From Burkholderiales bacterium (GTDB taxonomy: Bacteria > Pseudomonadota > Gammaproteobacteria > Burkholderiales > JBBRTU01), in contig JBBRTU010000001.1 of assembly GCA_038244115.1 (NCBI GenBank), forward strand, positions 224,718 to 288,717: 64,000 nt of DNA. The letters run 5' to 3'. Positions 19,358 to 29,624 of this stretch are shown one piece after another. The notes under the pieces were generated by a model. It did not search any database, was not told the origin of the DNA, and was given only the letters and a program-made list of their open reading frames with translations. Position numbers and translations under genes: made by a program. How positions within the stretch are numbered: the first letter of the stretch is position 1; each line of letters begins with the position of its first letter.

Positions 19358-20920
19358 ATGCCAGATTGCTCAACAACGCCTTTGATTGCCGCATTACTCC
19401 GTCCAGCACTGTATGGTACGGATGATATTCAGCTAATCGAAACGCATATTTCCTGGGTAATCCTGGCTGGTGATTTCGCCTACAAGCTCAAGAAGCCCGT
19501 CAACTTCGGTTTTCTGGATTTCAGCACGCCGGAGAAACGCTGCTTTTACTGCGAGGAGGAATTACGCCTGAATCGCCGCCTGGCGCCAGATATATACCTC
19601 GACGTCATCACCATCAACGGTACGCCAGAGGATGCCGTGTTCAGTGGAACGGGGCCAGTCATTGAATACGCGATAAAAATGCGGCGCTTCCCCCAGGAGC
19701 AACTGCTGTCGAATTTGCTAAGCCAGGGAAAACTGGAAATGCGGCATATCGATGCACTGGCAGCCGAAATTGCCCACTTCCATAGCACCATCCCCGTGGC
19801 GGACAGCAGTTCGCCCTTCGGCACACGCCTAGCCGTACTCGACCCGGCACTGGAAAATTTTTTGCAAATTCGTCCGTTTCTGAATAACGCAGAAGATGTT
19901 GCACGGTTGGATGCCTTGCGTGAATGGACATCTCAGAAATTCACCACGCACATGGCTGATTTTTCCATCCGAAAATCAGGCGGCTTTATACGCGAATGTC
20001 ATGGTGACATGCACACGGGAAATATGGTGCTACTCGACGATACCATCACGATTTTCGATTGCATCGAGTTTAACCCGAACCTTCGCTGGATCGACGTGAT
20101 GAGTGAAACTGCCTTCGTGGTAATGAATTTAATGGAGCGAGGTTATTCTAATTTTGCATGGCGTTTTCTCAACGTTTATCTTTCCCTCACGGGCGACCAT
20201 AATGGGATTGGCGTACTACGTTTTTATCTGGTGTACCGCGCCATGGTGCGTGCCAAGGTGGCAGCCATTCGCGCTGGACAAACTCACGCTGACGAGGCAT
20301 GGCAGGAGTATGCAAACTACATTACTTTGGCAGAAACACTGTCACAACGAGTACCGCCCGCACTCATCATTACACATGGCTTATCTGGTTCTGGCAAAAC
20401 CACGCAAACTCAGTTACTTCTGGAAGAACTTGGCGCGATTCGCCTGCGCTCGGACGTGGAACGCAAGCGGCTGTTCGGTCTGGTTGCTCAGGGGAAAAGT
20501 GGTTCCGGTATCGATACCGGCTTATACACGCGCGACGCTGGAGGACGTACCTATGCGCGCCTGCTGGAACTGGCTCGCATTATTCTCGCCGCTGGATTTA
20601 CAGTTATTGTCGATGCCGCCTTTCTCAGACGCAGCGAGCGGGATATATTCCACGCGTTAGCAACCGAGTTACAAATTCCTTTCGCCATACTGGATGCACA
20701 AGCTCCCGAGGTCACGCTACGCGCGCGTATCAGTCAGCGAGAAACCGCTGGCCGTGACGCGTCGGAGGCGACAATTCAGGTGCTGGAACGGCAATTGGCA
20801 ACACAAGAACTGCTAGCTGCGAACGAGGAACCTTACACCATTAGAACCAGTGCAGAAGACAGCGCATTTGATGCTAAAGCTTTCAAACTGCGACTGACTG
20901 TACCAACCGGCCATGAATAA
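19358..20920 (+). CDS. Bifunctional kinase-like protein (aminoglycoside-phosphotransferase-like domain + P-loop AAA_33-like domain)
   Basis: APH-like catalytic loop ECHGDMHTGNM and C-terminal Walker A THGLSGSGKTT. The ATG at 19358 is preceded by GAGGA. Confidence 0.8.
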   Translation: MPDCSTTPLIAALLRPALYGTDDIQLIETHISWVILAGDFAYKLKKPVNFGFLDFSTPEKRCFYCEEELRLNRRLAPDIYLDVITINGTPEDAVFSGTGPVIEYAIKMRRFPQEQLLSNLLSQGKLEMRHIDALAAEIAHFHSTIPVADSSSPFGTRLAVLDPALENFLQIRPFLNNAEDVARLDALREWTSQKFTTHMADFSIRKSGGFIRECHGDMHTGNMVLLDDTITIFDCIEFNPNLRWIDVMSETAFVVMNLMERGYSNFAWRFLNVYLSLTGDHNGIGVLRFYLVYRAMVRAKVAAIRAGQTHADEAWQEYANYITLAETLSQRVPPALIITHGLSGSGKTTQTQLLLEELGAIRLRSDVERKRLFGLVAQGKSGSGIDTGLYTRDAGGRTYARLLELARIILAAGFTVIVDAAFLRRSERDIFHALATELQIPFAILDAQAPEVTLRARISQRETAGRDASEATIQVLERQLATQELLAANEEPYTIRTSAEDSAFDAKAFKLRLTVPTGHE

Positions 20921-20946
20921 TATCCAGACCAGTCACTTTTTATAGG

Positions 20947-21186
20947 TTACTTCAAATCTTTATGAGCGCCATCGCAGTGAGGTGCATTCTTACTCTGCTT
21001 GCAGCCACATAACCAGACTTTCTCCTTCTGCTCGACGGTAAATTTCTTGGGCGCGAAATCAGAGCCTTTGTGCGAACCATCGCAAAAAGGTTGTTTCTTG
21101 GATTGGCCACAGGAACACCAATAATAATCACCAGCTTCCAGTTCCAATGCATAGGGGACTTTTTGGGCGCATACGGGTTCAGACAT
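20947..21186 (-). CDS. CDGSH-type iron-sulfur domain protein (two CDGSH motifs)
   Basis: CSCGQSKKQPFCDGSH and CGCKQSKNAPHCDGAH. Confidence 0.9.
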   Translation of the reverse strand: MSEPVCAQKVPYALELEAGDYYWCSCGQSKKQPFCDGSHKGSDFAPKKFTVEQKEKVWLCGCKQSKNAPHCDGAHKDLK

Positions 21187-21211
21187 AACTACTCCTTCAG
21201 ATTATTTCAGA

Positions 21212-22327
21212 TTATTGTTGATAGCGTTTGGCCAGCGCCAGCCGTTTTTCATAAGCCTCGCGCGCGATGGCCACGTCCTCGAAAAATCGCGGCAGTTCTT
21301 CCATGAGCAATGCTTGCGGGCCGTCTACCAGCGCCTTGCTCGGTACCGGGTGAAAATCCACTAAAATCATGTTGGCGCCGGCGATCACACCCTGCGCCAC
21401 TACATGCATCACGTCGAGAATACCGTCCGGCCCGGCACTTCGCGTGCCGACTGAATGTGATGGGTCGATGCACACCGGCATGCGCGTCAGGCGCTTTACC
21501 ACCGGCACGTGGGCGAAATCCACGAAGTTGCGGTGCGGGTCGCCCATATTGGTCTTCATGCCGCGCAGGCCAAACACCACATTGCGGTTCCCCTCGGAGG
21601 CCAGGTATTCTGCCGCGTTGATCGATTCGTCCAGGGTGATGCCGAAGCCGCGCTTGAGCAACACCGGGAACTGATGCTGGCGTCCGACAATTTTCAGCAA
21701 TTCAAAATTCTGCGTGTTGCGCGTGCCGATCTGCAACATCACGCCTGTCGAGTCGCCAGTCTGGTGCAAGGCCTCGCGGATTTCATCCACGTGCGATTCA
21801 TGGGTGACTTCCATGGCGATGACCTTGATGCCGTATTTACCGGCCAGGTCGAACACCCAAGGCAGACAGCTTTTTCCGTGCCCCTGGAAAGAATAGGGAT
21901 TGGTGCGCGGCTTGTAGGCGCCCATGCGCGTACACACCTGACCATTGTCGCGCAACACCTTCAACATCATTTCCACATGCTCGGGAATATCCACCGCGCA
22001 TAGTCCGGCAAACACATTCAAATTATCCTGCCCGAATCGCACGCCGTTGTATTCGAAATGCGTCGGACGATTGTCGTCCTTGTGGCGGCCCAGCACGCGA
22101 TATTCTTCGGACACCCGCACCACACGCTCAACGCACGGCAAGCTGTTCATGTAGTCCAACGGCAAAGCAGCGGTGTTGCCAATCAGGTAAATTTCGGTGA
22201 GCACCTGCTCGATGCCATGCTCACGATGCACGCGCGTCTGGATATTGGGCAGATTGGCAAGATAACCCATGAGCTGCCGGTATTCGGCGCTTTCAGGACT
22301 GGTATTCGGGGTAAGGATAAGGATCAT
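21212..22327 (-). CDS. 3-deoxy-7-phosphoheptulonate (DAHP) synthase, type I-beta with N-terminal regulatory domain
   Basis: The core carries KPRTNPYSFQG, LLKRG and CIDPSH. A ~85-aa N-terminal extension precedes the TIM barrel. Confidence 0.85.
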   Translation of the reverse strand: MILILTPNTSPESAEYRQLMGYLANLPNIQTRVHREHGIEQVLTEIYLIGNTAALPLDYMNSLPCVERVVRVSEEYRVLGRHKDDNRPTHFEYNGVRFGQDNLNVFAGLCAVDIPEHVEMMLKVLRDNGQVCTRMGAYKPRTNPYSFQGHGKSCLPWVFDLAGKYGIKVIAMEVTHESHVDEIREALHQTGDSTGVMLQIGTRNTQNFELLKIVGRQHQFPVLLKRGFGITLDESINAAEYLASEGNRNVVFGLRGMKTNMGDPHRNFVDFAHVPVVKRLTRMPVCIDPSHSVGTRSAGPDGILDVMHVVAQGVIAGANMILVDFHPVPSKALVDGPQALLMEELPRFFEDVAIAREAYEKRLALAKRYQQ

Positions 22328-22475
22328 AATCGGGTCGGGGACGGGTGAATCAATGCGTGCCCGATTCTATCCTAAAGCGCCGTAGTTGTAATCCACGCTG
22401 GAAAAGCGGGCAATATAAAACACCTGCGGCACGGCAAGCCGCCGGTCATCCATTTAGCAAGCTTTCAAAAAACAA

Positions 22476-22808
22476 TCAGGAAAACATGGCCCGAATTTGC
22501 GCTTCAGCATCCGCCCAATCCTTGGAAGGATCGCCGGGCGCAAAGCCGCGTTTTTCGGCGATATAATAAGCCGCTTCGGCGATCATGCGATAGCGCTGCT
22601 CGGCAGTCATGCCACTCCCTTTTTTCGCGGCTGCTACTTTGGCGGGAGCCGCTTTCTTTGCTGCTGGTTTTGCCACAGAGGATTTCGCCGCTGCCGCCTT
22701 ACTCGCTGCGGGCTTCGCAGGCGCGGATTTAGCAGGTGCAGCTTTGGCCACGCTTTTCACCGGTGCAGCCTTCTTGGTCGTGGTACGAGATTTTGCTTCA
22801 GCCATCAT
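22476..22808 (-). CDS. DUF2934-like protein with histone-H1-like A/K/P-rich N-terminal half
   Basis: The N-terminal half is AKKAAPVKSVAKAAPAKSAPAKPAASKAAAAKSS.... The C-terminal half, EQRYRMIAEAAYYIAEKRGFAPGDPSKDWADAEAQI, matches the DUF2934 pattern. ATG at 22808 after GGAGA. Confidence 0.75.
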   Translation of the reverse strand: MMAEAKSRTTTKKAAPVKSVAKAAPAKSAPAKPAASKAAAAKSSVAKPAAKKAAPAKVAAAKKGSGMTAEQRYRMIAEAAYYIAEKRGFAPGDPSKDWADAEAQIRAMFS

Positions 22809-22914
22809 GATCTCCAAATAAATTAGGGCACTGCACACTCTACTCTTTATAGCATCATTTTGTTACAGCGAAATAATACAGCGAAATAAAATTGCACCCT
22901 CTGTTTGATGCGGG

Positions 22915-24390
22915 CTAAATTGTTCCGCCCACCGTCAGCCCGTCGATCCGCAATGTCGGCTGGCCAACGCCCACCGGCACGCTCTGTCCTTCCTTGCCGC
23001 AGGTACCCACGCCCGGGTCAAGCTTCATGTCATTGCCGATCATCGACACACGCGTGAGCACATCCGGGCCGTTTCCGATCAGGGTGGCACCCTTCACGGG
23101 GTAAGTAATTTTGCCGTCTTCGATCATGTAGGCTTCCGCCGCCGAGAACACAAATTTTCCGCTGGTAATATCCACCTGGCCGCCGCCAAAATTGGCTGCA
23201 TAAAGACCATGTTTAACCGACGCAATAATTTCTTCCGGGTTTTTATCGCCGTTGAGCATATAGGTGTTTGTCATGCGCGGCATGGGCAGATGCGCAAAGG
23301 ATTCGCGCCGCGCGTTGCCGGTAACCGGCACGCCCATCAAGCGTGCATTCAGGGTGTCCTGCATGTAGCCCTTGAGCACGCCGTTTTCGATCAGCACGGT
23401 GCATTGCGTCGGGTTGCCTTCATCATCTACATTCAGCGAACCACGCCGGCGCGCCAGCGTGCCGTCGTCCACTACCGTCACACCGGTGGCGGCCACACGT
23501 TCGCCGACACGCCCGGAAAAAGCCGAACTGCCCTTGCGGTTAAAGTCGCCCTCCAGGCCGTGGCCTATGGCTTCATGCAGCAATATTCCCGGCCAGCCGG
23601 AACCCAGCACGACCGTCATGGTGCCTGCCGGTGCGGGACGCGCCACCAGATTAATTGATGCCTGGTGTACCGCCTGCTGCGCATATTCCCGCAGCACTTC
23701 GTCGGTGAAATAGGCATAATCGAAACGCCCGCCGCCGCCCGCACTACCCTGCTCGCGGTGTCCGCCATCTTCAACAATAACCTGCAAGCTCAAGCGCACC
23801 AATGGGCGCACATCGGCAGCCAGTTTGCCGTCAGAACGCGCCACCATCACCACATCGTACTCTGCCGCGAGGCTCGCCATGACCTGAGTCACGCGCGGAT
23901 CGAGCGCACGCGCATAGCCCTCCAGCCTTTCCAGCAAGGCGACCTTTTCCGCATCTTTCAAACTGGTTAACGGATCATGCGGCTGGTACAGGCGATGCCC
24001 GCCACTTTTTACCACTGGGCGCGCTTTGTGAGTACCGCCGGCACGCGCGATGGCCCGCGTAGTTTCCGCCGCCGCCATCAGCGCGGGCAGGCTGATCTCA
24101 TCGGAATAGGCGAACGCCGTCTTGTCACCCGACACTGCGCGCACGCCAACGCCCTGATCGATATTGAAACTTCCCGATTTGACCTGCCCTTCCTCCAGGC
24201 TCCAGCCTTCGGCGCGCGTGTACTGGAAATACAAATCGGCGTAGTCCACCTGATGCACCATGATCTTGCCAAACACATCGGTAAGAATCTGTGAATCCAG
24301 ATTGTAGGGCGTAAGCAGACATTCCCGTGCCGTTTCAAGCAGGGTTTCGGTTTCCGGCACAAGTATGCCGGACAGTGGTTCTTGATTCAT
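22915..24390 (-). CDS. tldD: Metalloprotease TldD
   Basis: [11 protein letters not shown] zinc motif and overall TldD-like sequence. I prefer the start at MNQEPLSG. Confidence 0.92.
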   Translation of the reverse strand: MNQEPLSGILVPETETLLETARECLLTPYNLDSQILTDVFGKIMVHQVDYADLYFQYTRAEGWSLEEGQVKSGSFNIDQGVGVRAVSGDKTAFAYSDEISLPALMAAAETTRAIARAGGTHKARPVVKSGGHRLYQPHDPLTSLKDAEKVALLERLEGYARALDPRVTQVMASLAAEYDVVMVARSDGKLAADVRPLVRLSLQVIVEDGGHREQGSAGGGGRFDYAYFTDEVLREYAQQAVHQASINLVARPAPAGTMTVVLGSGWPGILLHEAIGHGLEGDFNRKGSSAFSGRVGERVAATGVTVVDDGTLARRRGSLNVDDEGNPTQCTVLIENGVLKGYMQDTLNARLMGVPVTGNARRESFAHLPMPRMTNTYMLNGDKNPEEIIASVKHGLYAANFGGGQVDITSGKFVFSAAEAYMIEDGKITYPVKGATLIGNGPDVLTRVSMIGNDMKLDPGVGTCGKEGQSVPVGVGQPTLRIDGLTVGGTI

Positions 24391-24464
24391 GGGAACTCGC
24401 TTAAACTTAAAGGAAGGTGCCGGGCGAAATAACAGCTCGCCCTTGGCACCTCGCAATGACAAAA

Positions 24465-25406
24465 TTAACTGGCTTTAATCTTCTCAATCTCAAACTTCTC
24501 TCCCACACCAATAGTGCGGTGTTTGAGAACTGGCAGACTCTTCCTGAGGCTCGCCTGATAAGCAGGATTCACACCGGCAAACACCACACCCGATCCACGC
24601 GGTAGACGGTCAAGCACCACACCCCACGGGTCAACAATCATGCTGTGTCCATGCGTCTCACGCCCGGACAAATGATAACCACCCTGCGCCGGCGCAATCA
24701 CATAGGCCAGATTTTCGATGGCACGCGCCCGCACCAAGGTCTCCCAATGCGCCCTGCCGGTAGTTTCCGTGAAAGCCGACGGCACGAAGATCATATCCAC
24801 CTCGCCCATTGCCCGGTAGAGTTCCGGGAAGCGCAGGTCATAACAAATAGACAAACCAATCCGTCCAAATGGCGTATCCACCACCACCACTTTCTTGCCG
24901 GCCTGAATGGTTTTTTCCTCGCGGTAATGTTCGTTACCCAAGTCTAGGCCAAACAGATGAATCTTGTCGTAACGCGCCACCTGCTTACCCTTGTCGTCAT
25001 ACACCAGGCAGCTATTGAATACCTTGCCAGCGGCATCGGTCTCCAGCGGGACCGAACCGCCCACCAGCCAAATTTTGTGGGTCTTTGCCATCCGAGAAAG
25101 GAATTTCTGGATAACCCCTTTACCATCGACCTCGCGCACCGCCACCTTGTCCGTTTCCTTCATCCCCATGACGCAAAAATATTCTGGCAAGGCCACCAGC
25201 TTTGCACCCTGCTCTGCGGCCATACCGATCAGCCGCTCGGCCTCGGACAGATTGGCCGACACATTCGGGCCGGAAGACATCTGGATTGCCGCCACGCGAA
25301 AAATACCTGGCTGCGGCTTGGCCATTCCGACCGGAGGACGCGACTTGGTCTTGGCGAAGCTGGACTTGGCTTTTGTTGTGGGTACTTTAGCCTTGGTGGT
25401 TTTCAT
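24465..25406 (-). CDS. Carbon-nitrogen hydrolase (Nit/nitrilase superfamily) with Lys-rich N-terminal extension
   Basis: [14 protein letters not shown] and catalytic [10 protein letters not shown]. The ATG at 25406 makes an ATGA overlap with the upstream gene's stop. An alternative start is Met28. Confidence 0.85.
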   Translation of the reverse strand: MKTTKAKVPTTKAKSSFAKTKSRPPVGMAKPQPGIFRVAAIQMSSGPNVSANLSEAERLIGMAAEQGAKLVALPEYFCVMGMKETDKVAVREVDGKGVIQKFLSRMAKTHKIWLVGGSVPLETDAAGKVFNSCLVYDDKGKQVARYDKIHLFGLDLGNEHYREEKTIQAGKKVVVVDTPFGRIGLSICYDLRFPELYRAMGEVDMIFVPSAFTETTGRAHWETLVRARAIENLAYVIAPAQGGYHLSGRETHGHSMIVDPWGVVLDRLPRGSGVVFAGVNPAYQASLRKSLPVLKHRTIGVGEKFEIEKIKAS

Positions 25407-25771
25407 TTCTTGTCCCTAATCTCAATCTTAAGCGGTTCATTTGTTTGCAAATCATTTTTCAGGTCAATGCGCGCGCCATCAATCGCCAACGCCATCAGCC
25501 AGTAGCGCAGTTCAGCGGCGCGTAAAGCCGCCTCGTCTGACATGGCATGGTGAATCATCAGCACAGAACCGGGTTTGTCCAACATGTCTTGCACGCAAGT
25601 TCGCAACTCCGGCAGCACAACTACCGCCTGCCCGGAGCGAGGCCGCTCCCATAACTTGTCAGGCACCGCGCAGGTGGTCTGCGCGGCAGCAGAAAACGGC
25701 ACAGCCAGCAGAAGCACGAAAAACCAAACTCTCATAAGGCAAAGTATACACACGCTTTCCATGCATTTCAC
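25403..25771 (-). CDS. Small secreted hypothetical protein
   Basis: Signal-peptide-like MRVWFFVLLLAVPFSAAAQT. It is wedged between yhdP and nit with coupled stops and starts. The start is ambiguous (25771 or 25735). Confidence 0.55.
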   Translation of the reverse strand: MKCMESVCILCLMRVWFFVLLLAVPFSAAAQTTCAVPDKLWERPRSGQAVVVLPELRTCVQDMLDKPGSVLMIHHAMSDEAALRAAELRYWLMALAIDGARIDLKNDLQTNEPLKIEIRDKK

Positions 25772-25777
25772 CTCGTC

Positions 25778-28700
25778 CTACTCGGTCGAGGCCGACGGCC
25801 TATTCGGTTTGGCTACCTTGGCAACCGTGGGGTCGCGCCATGTCCCCGTGACCAGATATTCGTAAGACGCAATCTGCCCCAAAGGATCTTTTAATATCTT
25901 CTGCAACAGCAGTGCTGTCAGCCCGACCACCGGTCCGCCCAGCAGCGCGCTTGCCACCGATACGCCCTCACCCAAGGCCGGGGTCACACGAACCTTGAGC
26001 CGCTGGGTTTCCTGCGCCAGATCGGTTTCGCCATTCATCAGCACGATGGCCGCCGGGCCAATCATTCTGAAGTCCTCGCTTGAAGCTACGCCCTTCTGGA
26101 TACGCACGTTGGCGGCAATATCATCAAAAGCGAAGCCCTCACTGAATACATCACGGAAATCCAGCGTGATGCGACGCGGCAAGGCCTGCAAGCTGAGTAT
26201 GCCCAACAATTTCCCGATGCCCGGCTCAATTTTCAGAAACTGGCCGTTATGCGCTTCCACAGAAAAATTGCCGGTGAGCGAAGCGAAGTCCAGATCGGAA
26301 GGCGCGCCTTTCCAGCCTACACTCCCTTCCAGCTTGGCAGTGCCGCGCTTGATGCTATCCGGCTGGTCGAAACGGGTCATGAACTTACCCAGATCAGCCA
26401 CCTCCAGCTTGAGATTGACGCGGGTAGAGGCCTGGCCGATCCATTGCCAATAACCATCCATCTGTAAACTGCTTTCCGGGTTGGTCAGGCGCATTTTTTC
26501 AATGTGCCAGCCACGATCAAAAGGTGAAGCCGTCAGTTCAAGCTTGCCCAATTTACGCTGACGAATCTGAAAATTTTCCGCGATCACATCCATGGCGGGC
26601 GCTTCGCCTGCGTTTTGCGCTTCACTGGGCTTACTTGTCTTGGCTGGTGCGGCAGTTGGGATGGTCAAATTTTTGAAGCGCGCAGTGAGTTTTGAATGTC
26701 CCTGCGGCAGCGAACGAAAATAAACATCGCCGACAATGTCCTTGCCGTTCAGTGCCACAAGCAAGCCGTCCTGTTGCATCGAGCCACTCAGTTTCAAATC
26801 GGAAAAGCGCTGACCGAAGGCATCCAGGGTAGCCACCGACAAAGTGCCTCCGTTCAGTACCAGCCCGGGTTTGCTATCGCCCTGCGCGATGACATTGCGC
26901 CAGTCATCCAAATCAAGATAGCGCAGCGCGCCATGCAGCCACAAACCGGGCTGTGACGGCAGCACTGCCACATCACCGAAACTAACCGTGCCGCGATCCA
27001 GTTGCATCTGCCGACCGTCGCTACGACGCAGCAGCTTTGCATTCACCACCTGCCCATAGGAAAGCGCCAGCGTATCCTGCTGCGGGTTGAGAATCCGCTT
27101 CTCCACGTGCAATACCACGCTCTCGGCAACTTTCTTGTTAAACGGTGCCGGCAGGTCGGAAGACATGCCCACCAGGTTGGAGTCCACCACAAAATCCGCC
27201 AGCTTTTTTCGCAATGTCAGCGAACCACGCCAGCCCGCCGTGCCATGCAAATATTTGGCATAAGGAACATAGTTGCTCTTGCTCAATCCCGCAGCGGTCA
27301 GCTTGCCTTGCGCGGCCACCCGCACCACGCCGTCCGCTTGCGTTGATGCATCGATGGTGGCAGCCCCCCCCAGAATCTGGGCAGTGGCACTCCTGATGTT
27401 CACACCCGCTTCGGTGAACTGCAACTTGCCGCTCGTCCCCTCTACCGGCGGGATATCCTCACCGACAAGAATGCGGTTGTTGATAAACTGATAAATGCCG
27501 GCCAGCGTGGTTTTCTTGGTATTCCTTAATGGAATATGCAATTTCAGATCCAGCTTGCCGTTGCCTGCCGCCTGCATGCCCTCGGTAAAACCATTAATCA
27601 TTTCTGTTACCGGACTCTGCTCGATAAATTTCAGAAATTCGGCAGTGGGGCCATTTACTTCTCCTTCAATATCCAGGCGCTCGTCGAAACTAAGCAGGTC
27701 GGCAATGGTCGCGCGCACCTTGGGCAACTTGGTAGCAAAAATATTTCCCGCATGGGTTGTCACCACCATGCGTTTACCCTCGAACAGCAAATCTCCGGCA
27801 ATATTATCGATGGTCGGCCAGTTCTTGGCATAATCCAGTCTCCCGCCAGTAATTTTGGCTGTTATCTGGAACAATCCATTCTTGTTGTCGACATAAGGAA
27901 AATCCGCCAGGTTACCTTTCAGACGCAACCGCGCATCGCTTGAACTACCAGCAAGAAACGAGGTATCCAGCCAGTCACGTGCGCCCTGGCCCACCACAAG
28001 TGGGATGTATTTGCCCACCTTGCGCCCATCGGCGCGCGAGAATAGTGCTGTAAGATCGATAAAACCCGGTGTGCCTTTTACGGTATGGAACGTGCCATAG
28101 GCAATGCCAGCAGCATCCTCATTGGCTAGCGATACGTTGGAAAACCTGAACTCCCATTCTTCTTTTAATTTCTTCCAGGTCATTTGCAGCGTAAGTGCAT
28201 CGATTTCCACCGGTGCACGAAACACCTTGGGCAATGCCAGTTGCATCCCTTGGGTAGTGATAAACAGGGAGCCGCCTTTATGGTTGCCGTCAAGATTACC
28301 GCTCAAGCCGGAGAAGCCGGGAAAAGTTTCAAAGGCATTCAGGCCAAGCTTGAAAAATTGCCCTTTTACGGCGTATTCCAGCGGCGTATTCCAATCGCCT
28401 TTCCAGCTTACCGACAAGTCGTGAAAACCACCGCGCGGTGAAAGCTGTGCTAACTTCTCACGCTGCTGCATATCCAATGGAAGATAGCGCGCCAATGCGA
28501 CCAAGGGTTCCAAGCGCAGCTCATCCACTTCGGCCTGGACTTCCATGGGCTGCTCTCCCGTAGCGGGCGAGACACGCGCATGGAAACTGACAGGTGCGAC
28601 CGCTATGCCATCGCGTAAAACCACATACAGTTTATGGGTGGAAAATTCATCAACAACGCGTTTCCTTGCGCCAAATAAAAAGACCAGGGGTTTCGCGGAA

Positions 28701-29617
28701 TTATGCTGCCAGCCGACGCGGCCTGACATTTTTTGCAATTCCATCTCGGGCAGATCCGGCGCAAGACGCATGCGCACGTCAGCTAGCGACACGTCGGCCG
28801 TCACGCCGCTAAGCATGCCCTTCTCAAAATCCACCCAAGCCTGCAATCCGCCATTGCCTGTGGCAATGGCATACGGTAGCGTCACCCAGTTATGCCATTG
28901 GGCAATATCGGTCTGCTCCATCCTGGCATACAGCTTGCCTTGCCAACCAGTTAAATCATGCAGTGTGGTGCCTTTGAACTCGCCACGCAGGTCAATTGGA
29001 CTTGCCAATGTGCTTGGCGGCAAGGCAGAAATTCCGAAAGTGTGGCGATCTCCGGCATTTTCCACACGCATATTCACCTGCGTCAGCACCAGAGGTGGCG
29101 CGCCCCGCATATCGTCCTGCCACAACAAAGTCGCGTTGCGCACCACAATATTTTCCTGACGCAGCAACCAGTCGGCAAAACCGCTTTCCTTGTCCGGCTG
29201 GTTGACGGGGATTCCGGCAAAATAAATCAGGCCATCCGCACTGCGCCGCACAGCCAGGTTTATCTGATCAATCGTCAAGGAATGCAGGCGCAATTCACCG
29301 GCAACCAACGTGCGCAAAGACAGGGTGTTTTCCAGGGAGCGGAAATAAAGCGCTGGCAAACCGTGCTGGTCGTAAATCTGCACATCGCGCAGCAACAGGT
29401 GCGGACGCAGGCCATCCCAATCGGCGCTAATGCCACCGATGATTTCTACACGCTGCCCAGCCGCCCGGCTGATGGATGCGTCCAGCTCTGCACGATAATG
29501 CTCGATATTCGGCAGCAGCCAGTAACGCAATGCCAGCATAATCAGCGCGAACAAAAACGCCGCCGTGATGGCGGCGTAGCGGGCGATATGAAAGAGCTTG
29601 TTTAGTGATAATCGCAC
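25778..29617 (-). CDS. yhdP: YhdP-family (AsmA-like, DUF3971) large envelope protein
   Basis: 1279 aa with an N-terminal TM anchor (AAITAAFLFALIMLALRYWLLP) and the C-terminal pattern typical of YhdP. GTG start. Confidence 0.85.
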   Translation of the reverse strand: MRLSLNKLFHIARYAAITAAFLFALIMLALRYWLLPNIEHYRAELDASISRAAGQRVEIIGGISADWDGLRPHLLLRDVQIYDQHGLPALYFRSLENTLSLRTLVAGELRLHSLTIDQINLAVRRSADGLIYFAGIPVNQPDKESGFADWLLRQENIVVRNATLLWQDDMRGAPPLVLTQVNMRVENAGDRHTFGISALPPSTLASPIDLRGEFKGTTLHDLTGWQGKLYARMEQTDIAQWHNWVTLPYAIATGNGGLQAWVDFEKGMLSGVTADVSLADVRMRLAPDLPEMELQKMSGRVGWQHNSAKPLVFLFGARKRVVDEFSTHKLYVVLRDGIAVAPVSFHARVSPATGEQPMEVQAEVDELRLEPLVALARYLPLDMQQREKLAQLSPRGGFHDLSVSWKGDWNTPLEYAVKGQFFKLGLNAFETFPGFSGLSGNLDGNHKGGSLFITTQGMQLALPKVFRAPVEIDALTLQMTWKKLKEEWEFRFSNVSLANEDAAGIAYGTFHTVKGTPGFIDLTALFSRADGRKVGKYIPLVVGQGARDWLDTSFLAGSSSDARLRLKGNLADFPYVDNKNGLFQITAKITGGRLDYAKNWPTIDNIAGDLLFEGKRMVVTTHAGNIFATKLPKVRATIADLLSFDERLDIEGEVNGPTAEFLKFIEQSPVTEMINGFTEGMQAAGNGKLDLKLHIPLRNTKKTTLAGIYQFINNRILVGEDIPPVEGTSGKLQFTEAGVNIRSATAQILGGAATIDASTQADGVVRVAAQGKLTAAGLSKSNYVPYAKYLHGTAGWRGSLTLRKKLADFVVDSNLVGMSSDLPAPFNKKVAESVVLHVEKRILNPQQDTLALSYGQVVNAKLLRRSDGRQMQLDRGTVSFGDVAVLPSQPGLWLHGALRYLDLDDWRNVIAQGDSKPGLVLNGGTLSVATLDAFGQRFSDLKLSGSMQQDGLLVALNGKDIVGDVYFRSLPQGHSKLTARFKNLTIPTAAPAKTSKPSEAQNAGEAPAMDVIAENFQIRQRKLGKLELTASPFDRGWHIEKMRLTNPESSLQMDGYWQWIGQASTRVNLKLEVADLGKFMTRFDQPDSIKRGTAKLEGSVGWKGAPSDLDFASLTGNFSVEAHNGQFLKIEPGIGKLLGILSLQALPRRITLDFRDVFSEGFAFDDIAANVRIQKGVASSEDFRMIGPAAIVLMNGETDLAQETQRLKVRVTPALGEGVSVASALLGGPVVGLTALLLQKILKDPLGQIASYEYLVTGTWRDPTVAKVAKPNRPSASTE

Positions 29618-29624
29618 TGTTCGA

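Noticed and set aside
22328-22476. Possible terminator or ncRNA between the DUF2934 gene and the DAHP synthase gene
   Set aside because: There are only weak, short stems (for example CGGC...GCCG) without a U-tract. This is not enough to call a feature.
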